NCBI GenBank assembly: GCA_037481835.1
Contig: JBBFKW010000002.1
Location: 128,001 to 192,000 of the forward strand
DNA: 64,000 bases
DNA from: Desulfosoma sp.
GTDB lineage: Bacteria > Desulfobacterota > Syntrophobacteria > Syntrophobacterales > DSM-9756
Reading direction: 5' to 3'
Of this stretch, positions 57,676 through 64,000 are shown piece after piece. Each line of letters starts with the position of its first letter. Position 1 is the stretch's first letter. The translations under genes and the position numbers were made by a program. The notes under the pieces were generated by a model. The model ran no database searches, was not told the DNA's origin, and worked only from the letters and a program-made list of their open reading frames with translations.

Positions 57676-58881
57676 ATGGGATGGAGCATTGTTTTCGTCG
57701 ATGATGATCCCGGCGTGCTGGAAGGACTCCAGCGCATGCTTCGATCCATGCGGCGTGAATGGCGGATGCACTTTTTCCCCAGTGCGGCCCAGGCCCTTGC
57801 CTTTCTGGAATCGGAACCGGTGGACGTCGTCGTTTCCGACATGCGCATGCCGGGAGTGGACGGCGCGGAATTTCTCGCCCAGGTAAAGCGCGCCTATCCC
57901 CATGTCATCCGCATTGCCCTTTCAGGCTATGCGGACCAGGAGATGGTCCTGAGGGCCGTCCGATCCGCCCACCAGTACTTGGCCAAGCCGTGCAGCGCCG
58001 AGACCCTCAAGGGCGCCATCGATAGGGTCAGAGCGCTCAGGGAACTCCTGGAGGAAGAATCTCTCAGGGCCGTGGTCGCCGACTTGGAAGTGCTTCCCAG
58101 CTTGCTGTCCCTTTACCAGGACATCATGAAGGAACTGGAATCGCAAGAGGCGTCCGTCAAGAGGGTGGGGGAAATCATCGCGAAAGACGTGGGGATGACC
58201 GCCAAAATTCTCCAGCTGGTAAACTCGGCCTTCTTCGGCGTGTCCCGGCATGTGTCCAACCCGGCCCAGGCCGCCGTGCTCTTGGGCCTAGACACCATCC
58301 GCGCCCTGGTCTTGTCGCTGCACATCTTTTCTCAGTTCAAAGGCAAAGCCTTTTCGGAAAAGGACGTCAGCCTCCTGTGGGAACACAGCCTGACGACGGC
58401 CGTGTACGCCAAGACCATCGCCTCCGCCTTCGGAGCGGACCGCATGGTCTGTGAGGACGCTTTCATGGCGGGAATGCTCCACGATGTGGGGAAACTCATT
58501 TTCATACAAAACCTACCGGAAAAGACCAAGCAGGCCGTGGAACGCTCAACCCAGACCGTCGAGCCCCTCTGGGCCAGCGAAAAGGCCGTGGTGGGCACCT
58601 CCCACGGCGAGGTGGGGGCGTACCTTATGGGCGTGTGGGGCTTGCCTGACAGTATTGTGGAGGCTCTGGCCTTTCATCATTTCCCGAGCCGGTGCCCCCA
58701 CCGACAGTTCAGCGCCTTGACGGCGGTTCATGTTGCGGACTTTCTCCATTATGCCGCATCCGGCGGGCCGTCCTTTCAGGGACCTGGATTGGTGGATCAG
58801 GCCTATCTTTCGGATTTGGGGGTGTTGGGCCAGCTGAGGCCGTGGAAGGAAGCCTGTCAGAGGGCGATCGCCGCCCAGTAG
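57676..58881 (+). CDS. Response regulator with HDOD domain
   Basis: FVDDD, VSDMRMP; ILQLVNSAFF, WEHS, LHDVGK. Confidence 0.9.
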   Translation: MGWSIVFVDDDPGVLEGLQRMLRSMRREWRMHFFPSAAQALAFLESEPVDVVVSDMRMPGVDGAEFLAQVKRAYPHVIRIALSGYADQEMVLRAVRSAHQYLAKPCSAETLKGAIDRVRALRELLEEESLRAVVADLEVLPSLLSLYQDIMKELESQEASVKRVGEIIAKDVGMTAKILQLVNSAFFGVSRHVSNPAQAAVLLGLDTIRALVLSLHIFSQFKGKAFSEKDVSLLWEHSLTTAVYAKTIASAFGADRMVCEDAFMAGMLHDVGKLIFIQNLPEKTKQAVERSTQTVEPLWASEKAVVGTSHGEVGAYLMGVWGLPDSIVEALAFHHFPSRCPHRQFSALTAVHVADFLHYAASGGPSFQGPGLVDQAYLSDLGVLGQLRPWKEACQRAIAAQ

Positions 58882-58891
58882 GGGCTGGATC

Positions 58892-60037
58892 ATGCCGATA
58901 TCGGAAAAGATTCTCTTTGTGGATGACGATCCCAACATTTTGGCCTCTTTCAAGAGGACGCTGCGCAAGCGCTACGATGTAGACACGGCCGTGGGGCCCG
59001 AAGAAGGCCTGGAGGCCGTCGGCAGGTACCGCCATTACGCCTTGATCATTTCCGATCTGCGCATGCCCGTCATGGACGGCATCCAGTTTCTCAGCAAAGT
59101 CAAGGAACTGTGCCCGGAAACGATCCGCATGATCCTCACCGGTAACGCCGATCTCCAAGCCGCCATCGACGCGGTGAACCGGGGCAACATTTTCCGTTTC
59201 CTGACCAAACCGTGCCCTCCGGAGACGCTTCAGCTGGCCGTCGATGCGGGACTGCAGCAATATCGGCTGATCCGCGCCGAAAAAGAGCTTTTGGAAAAGA
59301 CCTTGCGCGGGGCCATCCGTATCCTGACGGACGTCTTGAGCCTGGTCAATCCCGAGGCGTACGGCAGGGCCTCACGAATCCGGCGGTATGTGCGCGATAT
59401 CGGGGCCCGTCTCGCATATGCCAAGGCCTGGCAGCTGGAAACCGCGGCCATGCTGAGCCAGATCGGCTGCGTCGTGCTCCCCGAGGATTCCCTTAAGAAA
59501 ATCTATCGCGGAAAGGAACTTACGCCCGAAGAGGCGCAGCTGTTCCGAATGTACCCTTCGGTAGGGGCGGATCTCATCGCCAAGATCCCCCGCATGGAAG
59601 AAATCAGCGAAATCATCGCCTACCAAGAAAAACATTTCGACGGCGGCGGGATTCCCAAGGATGAGCGCAGCGGAGAGGCCATCCCGCTGGGGTCCCGGAT
59701 CCTTAAGGTGGTTTTGGATTTCGATGCGCTGGAAACCCGAGGCCTTCCACGGGCCGCCGCCATGAACCAGCTGAGAAAGCGGGACGGGTGGTATGATCCG
59801 ACCGTCCTGAAGGCGCTGGAAAAGGTTCTGGGGGACGAGGCGCGCTTCCAGGTCAAGGAACTTTCGCTGCAGGAACTCCAGCTCAACATGATCGTCGGGG
59901 AAGACGTCCTAAGCCTCAAAGGCGTGCTGCTCATCGCCAAGGGCCAGGAGATCACCCCGGCTCTCTTGGAACGATTGAAAAATTTCGCCAAGACCGTGGG
60001 GGTCAAGGAGCCCATCCGGGTTTTGATTCCGGTCTGA
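58892..60037 (+). CDS. Response regulator with degenerate HD-GYP-like domain
   Basis: REC followed by AAMLSQIG (HD replaced by SQ), EKHFDGGG.P, IPLGSRILKV. Confidence 0.85.
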   Translation: MPISEKILFVDDDPNILASFKRTLRKRYDVDTAVGPEEGLEAVGRYRHYALIISDLRMPVMDGIQFLSKVKELCPETIRMILTGNADLQAAIDAVNRGNIFRFLTKPCPPETLQLAVDAGLQQYRLIRAEKELLEKTLRGAIRILTDVLSLVNPEAYGRASRIRRYVRDIGARLAYAKAWQLETAAMLSQIGCVVLPEDSLKKIYRGKELTPEEAQLFRMYPSVGADLIAKIPRMEEISEIIAYQEKHFDGGGIPKDERSGEAIPLGSRILKVVLDFDALETRGLPRAAAMNQLRKRDGWYDPTVLKALEKVLGDEARFQVKELSLQELQLNMIVGEDVLSLKGVLLIAKGQEITPALLERLKNFAKTVGVKEPIRVLIPV

Positions 60038-60060
60038 GCAAGCGAGGCGAGGGGTGGAGC

Positions 60061-60621
60061 ATGAAGGGAACCGTTCTTTTTGTGGACGACGAACCCCATT
60101 TCACCAGTGCGTTACAGCGGGCCTTGCGCCATGAACCCTATCGGATCCTGACGGCCAATTCCGCAGCCCGGGCCTTGGAGATCCTGGCAAGCGAGCCCGT
60201 GGACGTGGTGGTTTCCGACGAAAGGATGCCGGGTATGAGCGGTTCCGAGTTCCTGGCCGTGGTGCGGCGCCGCCATCCACGGACCGTGCGCATTCTGCTC
60301 ACCGGATACGCGACGCTGGATGCGGCGGTCAAGGCCATTAACGAAGGAGAAATCTATAGGTTCTTGACGAAACCGTGCCAAGCGAAGGATCTTTCGGAAA
60401 TCATCCGGCAGGCGCTGGCTATCAGCCGGCACATGGACAAGGCGAAAGAAAGGCCTGCCGGATCGGCAGAGGAGACCGACCCCCTGGGGGTTTTGTCGGA
60501 ATTGGAACGCCATTATCCGGGGATCACCCGGATCAAGATGGACGAAACGGGGGCCATCATCCTGGACGACACAGACCTGGGTTTGGACAGGCCCCCGGAA
60601 TCCAACGAGGAGAGTGTTTAA
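60061..60621 (+). CDS. Single-domain response regulator
   Basis: FVDDE, VSDERMP, LTGY, FLTKP; C-terminal LERHYPGIT tail. Confidence 0.85.
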   Translation: MKGTVLFVDDEPHFTSALQRALRHEPYRILTANSAARALEILASEPVDVVVSDERMPGMSGSEFLAVVRRRHPRTVRILLTGYATLDAAVKAINEGEIYRFLTKPCQAKDLSEIIRQALAISRHMDKAKERPAGSAEETDPLGVLSELERHYPGITRIKMDETGAIILDDTDLGLDRPPESNEESV

Positions 60622-61727
60622 GTTTCCAGGGTGCGTATCTGGAAGCGGTCTTCCAAGTCCTTGAGTTTCTGCACAATGCCTCCGTACTCCAGTTCAGCGT
60701 AGGGAAGCATGGCGTTTCCGAAGAAACCTTGGCGACGGATTTCCGTGGCCTTGTCGGAAACTTTTTGGCGGATGCGGTCCCAATAGGGATGGTCGAAAGC
60801 GTCCACGGCGCCGGACAGCCGTCCGTGGTGGACGCAGTAGGCGGCGCACGAGACGATAGGCGGGCCGTCGAAGAAAGAAGTGCCCGTATTCTGCCGAACG
60901 GGCATGAGCGGCCCGTTGTGGCTTCCCCGCATGAATCCCGCCACATACGCCCCCAGGTTGAACGGGGCCAGAACCTCTCCGGTGGCGGGAAAGGCGCCCT
61001 GCACACGAACGAGCATGATGGGGTCGTCCTTTCCAGTGTATTTGCCGGCGATGTTGTGCAACCGCGTGGTGCTCACGGCCGCGGCTTGCTCGCCCGTTTG
61101 GCGGGAATGGATGGATTCGATGACGAATCGTTCCGGGTCGCGAAGCAGCGCCGCGATATCGTAGAGTTCTTCCGGGGCGTTCAAAGTGATGACCCGGTCG
61201 GCTTCCACGTGGTTCACGTCCATGATGGTGAAGGAGAAGCCCTGGAACATGCCCGGAGATAGGATGAGGCCCGAACAATACATGGGGTCGGCGAAAGCCA
61301 GGTAGAGCGGCAAATTGTAGGCTCCGGGATCGGTCTTGTCGGCGGCGAAGAAAAGGAAAGGTTCGGCGGGCCTTTCGTCGAATTCCATTTCCGCCACGGC
61401 CGGGCCCAGCCCCCGGACGTTACCGGCGAAAGCGTCTTTGAGCAAGTCTTGGCCGGCGCCGTAAAGACCCTGGTCCTTGGCCACGTCCGTTCCCGCCTTG
61501 AAGGCTTCCCAGGCCAGCCGGTGGACATCTTCGTTGCAGACCCCGCCGGTGTGCGTGCACAAAATGGCGATGTCGTCTCCCGTGTAGGTGACCCGAAAGT
61601 CGATGAGCATCCCTCGGTGATGCTGCTTGACGTGTTCCGCAACCGTCTCCAGCAGCCTGCGGCTGGGCTGGATGTGGCCTCCCACACTGCCGATGTCCGC
61701 CTTGATGGCTGTCAGCGTTGTTTTCAT
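60618..61727 (-). CDS. fbp: Bifunctional fructose-1,6-bisphosphate aldolase/phosphatase (class V FBPase)
   Basis: KADIGS.GGH, GDD, YGAGQDLL, DKTDPGAYN, NIAGKYTGKDDP, MRGSH.GPLMP. Confidence 0.95.
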   Translation of the reverse strand: MKTTLTAIKADIGSVGGHIQPSRRLLETVAEHVKQHHRGMLIDFRVTYTGDDIAILCTHTGGVCNEDVHRLAWEAFKAGTDVAKDQGLYGAGQDLLKDAFAGNVRGLGPAVAEMEFDERPAEPFLFFAADKTDPGAYNLPLYLAFADPMYCSGLILSPGMFQGFSFTIMDVNHVEADRVITLNAPEELYDIAALLRDPERFVIESIHSRQTGEQAAAVSTTRLHNIAGKYTGKDDPIMLVRVQGAFPATGEVLAPFNLGAYVAGFMRGSHNGPLMPVRQNTGTSFFDGPPIVSCAAYCVHHGRLSGAVDAFDHPYWDRIRQKVSDKATEIRRQGFFGNAMLPYAELEYGGIVQKLKDLEDRFQIRTLET

Positions 61728-61917
61728 GATCCACCCCCTTGGTTAATGTTTGCCGATTTCATTGTTTTTCCATGATCTTGGCCCGTATGCTGCGCGGTGG
61801 AGCGGACGTCACCTGGATCGCGAAAAGGCCCCTGGAAGGCGAAGGGAAGGCGATGTCATGGATGGAGTGATCGCACTGGAGCAGGAAAAGATTCGGCGCA
61901 GGTTTTTCTGAGTATAT

Positions 61918-62508
61918 TTACTCTACCACAAACGAGGCGTCGAAACGACCGTAGGATTCCATGTACCGCACGAGGGCAGCCAACTCCTGAAGGAGAACAG
62001 GATAGAGCTTTCGAGCGGTGAGAGCCTGGAGCATGGCCTTATAATACCACAAGGTGCCGTCGCGGCCTCCTTGGAAGCGGTCCCAGACGCCGGGGCCCGA
62101 GCGGTGGAGGTCCGCGACGATGCTCCTGGCGTTGTGGGTCTTGTCCGCCAAAACGACGAGGATTTCCTCCGGGGACGCCTTTTCCAAGCGTCGGAGGGCT
62201 TTTTCTTTGCGTTCCTTCCAGGGAGGCTTGGGAGTGGTGTCGGAATCGGAACAATGCCGGACGATGTCCGCAACCCGTTCTCCGAAACGAGATCGGATAA
62301 TGTCCAAGGTCTCGCGCCCTCCCTGATCTTCCACGGCGTCGTGAAGGAGGGCTGCGATGGCCGTGTCTTCATCCCCGCCGTTTTCCAGCACAAGGGAGGC
62401 TACGGCCATGAGGTGGGAAATGTAGGGAACCGGCGTTCCTTTGCGGACTTGGCTCCGATGCAAATCGAAACAATACCCCAAAGCCTCTCGGAACCGATCG
62501 CTGAGCAT
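61918..62508 (-). CDS. Stand-alone HD-domain protein, (p)ppGpp hydrolase/Mesh1-like (alternative start 62640)
   Basis: H..QVRKG...PYISH, AALLHDAVED, ADKTHN. Confidence 0.82.
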   Translation of the reverse strand: MLSDRFREALGYCFDLHRSQVRKGTPVPYISHLMAVASLVLENGGDEDTAIAALLHDAVEDQGGRETLDIIRSRFGERVADIVRHCSDSDTTPKPPWKERKEKALRRLEKASPEEILVVLADKTHNARSIVADLHRSGPGVWDRFQGGRDGTLWYYKAMLQALTARKLYPVLLQELAALVRYMESYGRFDASFVVE

Positions 62509-62636
62509 GGCCTGTGAGCCCGTTTCCATGGGTAGCGCGCTCTCCACGTGGCCTGATCCATCGACGAGGGGGGGAGCCTCGTTGCCTGTGGTTTTCGAGT
62601 TTCCCCGGACCACTCCCGTAAAGGACATGCAGGGGA

Positions 62637-63077
62637 TCATTGGTAGGGCTTGCCGGAGCCGTGGGACTTGCCCTGCTTCTTGGTTTGTCCCGGAGGGTAT
62701 TTTTTTATCACCTCTTTGTGGAATTCATAGGGGCGTTCCGTATCCATTTCCAGGACCACGTAGGTGCCCAAACTGGACGCAAGGGATTTGGGGAGGGAGG
62801 CGGCCGTAATCCAGCGGCCGTCTTGCACGTAAAAGTAAACGCTCCGGGAGACATCCAGATAGACCGCCGCGTCGGGATAATAGTGATAGCGATATTTGGC
62901 CCGATAGCCGTGAGCCGGAGCCCACGGAGGTGGGCCTCCTCCTTGACCCGGCCCGATGTAAGCATCGTCGGACACAACCACTTGGCCGGGGAGGACGCAT
63001 CCGTAAAAGGCTGGGCTTGTGACCAAAAGGATAAGCCCGATGATCAAGCGCGTTAGGGCGGTTCGCATCGTCTCCAT
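62637..63077 (-). CDS. Hypothetical lipoprotein
   Basis: Lipobox FYGC; GPPPWAPAHGYRAKY.Y.YYP. Confidence 0.75.
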   Translation of the reverse strand: METMRTALTRLIIGLILLVTSPAFYGCVLPGQVVVSDDAYIGPGQGGGPPPWAPAHGYRAKYRYHYYPDAAVYLDVSRSVYFYVQDGRWITAASLPKSLASSLGTYVVLEMDTERPYEFHKEVIKKYPPGQTKKQGKSHGSGKPYQ

Positions 63078-63310
63078 TAGGGTTTTCCTTCCCCGATCAA
63101 GCCCGCGGGATCAGAGTTTTTTCAACCTGGACGATTATGGTACTCAATTGTCCTTGTCACCGCAACATTTCATGGACCTCCCAGGATGAAAGATATTCGT
63201 GCGGTCGAGGCTGACTCGGCACCGCCTTTTCACCCGTCGTCTTGACAGGAGCGCTGAAGGCTGATAGGCGAAGCGTAATCCAAAAAATTTCCCTGAATCA
63301 GGAGCCTGCC

Positions 63311-64000
63311 ATGACGAACGGACACGGAGCGGCTTTTACGCTCGGCATTTTCATATGCATCGGCCTATTCGGACTGGGCATGAGCCTTGGCTCTTCCATC
63401 CATCGCCTCAAAGGCTATGAACGGGTCGTCACGGTGAAAGGACTGGCGGAACGGGAGGTGCCGGCCGATATCGCGGTCTGGCCCATCACCTTTGCCTCGG
63501 CCAATAACGACGTGACGGCCCTTTATGCGACCATGGAAGAAAACACGAAGGAGATCCTTGCTTTTCTGCGAGCGGCCGGGTTTTCCGATGCGGAAATCAC
63601 GACAGCGGCTCCCGTGGTCACGGATAAATTCGCCCAGCGATACGGGACACAGGAGGCCAGCGTCCGCTACACGGCGCAACAGACCATAACGGTTTATTCT
63701 CAACGAATCGATTTTGTGCGGGCCTCCCAGAGTCGGCTGGCCGAGCTGGGCAAGAAGGGAATTGCCTTCGGCGGTGAGGACTACAACCAAAGGACCCAGT
63801 TTCTTTTTACAAAGTTGAATGATTTGAAACCAGCCATGATCGAGGAGGCGACGAGGAATGCCCGGGCCGTGGCGGAAAAGTTCGCTGCGGACTCCCAAAG
63901 CCGGCTCGGCAAACTGAAGCGGGCCAGTCAGGGTCAGTTCACCATCGAGGACCGGGACAGCAACACGCCCTACATCAAGAGGGTCCGCGTCGTCTCAACC
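63311..64000 (+). CDS. SIMPL-domain (DUF541) protein, 3'-truncated by window edge
   Basis: GGAG RBS; MTNGHGAAFTLG...ERVVTVKGLAEREVPADIAVWP...KPAMIEEATRNARAVAEKFA.DS.SRLG; no stop before the edge. Confidence 0.85.
   Translation, partial: MTNGHGAAFTLGIFICIGLFGLGMSLGSSIHRLKGYERVVTVKGLAEREVPADIAVWPITFASANNDVTALYATMEENTKEILAFLRAAGFSDAEITTAAPVVTDKFAQRYGTQEASVRYTAQQTITVYSQRIDFVRASQSRLAELGKKGIAFGGEDYNQRTQFLFTKLNDLKPAMIEEATRNARAVAEKFAADSQSRLGKLKRASQGQFTIEDRDSNTPYIKRVRVVST

Noticed and set aside
61779..61794. Sigma54-like TGGCCCGTATGCTGC on the plus strand
   Set aside because: Points antisense to both flanking genes; probably a chance match

Overview
GC-rich core-genome window from an anaerobic, selenocysteine-using bacterium. 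Gene content (hdrCBA-flxDCBA, CbiK, DUF4390-ntrYX, bifunctional FBP aldolase/phosphatase, selC) suggests a sulfate-reducing or syntrophic Desulfobacterota; this is inference. It contains a feo iron-uptake operon, an Hdr-Flx electron-bifurcation cluster led by a tandem-GAF gene, a duplicated eukaryote-like PFK, a metal/cofactor locus around a cobalamin riboswitch, a phenylacetate-CoA ligase/ACT/Liv-type ABC operon, pckA, rnc, lpxC, several two-component genes, 4 tRNAs (Pro-TGG, Gly-TCC, Sec-TCA, Pro-GGG), REP-like palindromes and a MITE-like element. I see no prophage, CRISPR array or intact transposase. The two most notable signals are absent from the ORF track. (1) A hidden TusA/SirA-like selenoprotein gene (22877-23149) has an in-frame UGA at the TusA active-site Cys position, in a Cys-Sec pair, followed by a SECIS-like hairpin. 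(2) A Phe-rich leader peptide (32133-32219) with five mutually exclusive pairing segments looks like a phenylalanine-sensing attenuator for the phenylacetate uptake/activation operon, which also ends in an apparently degenerate second ligase. All product calls come from motif recognition by eye; no database searches were run.
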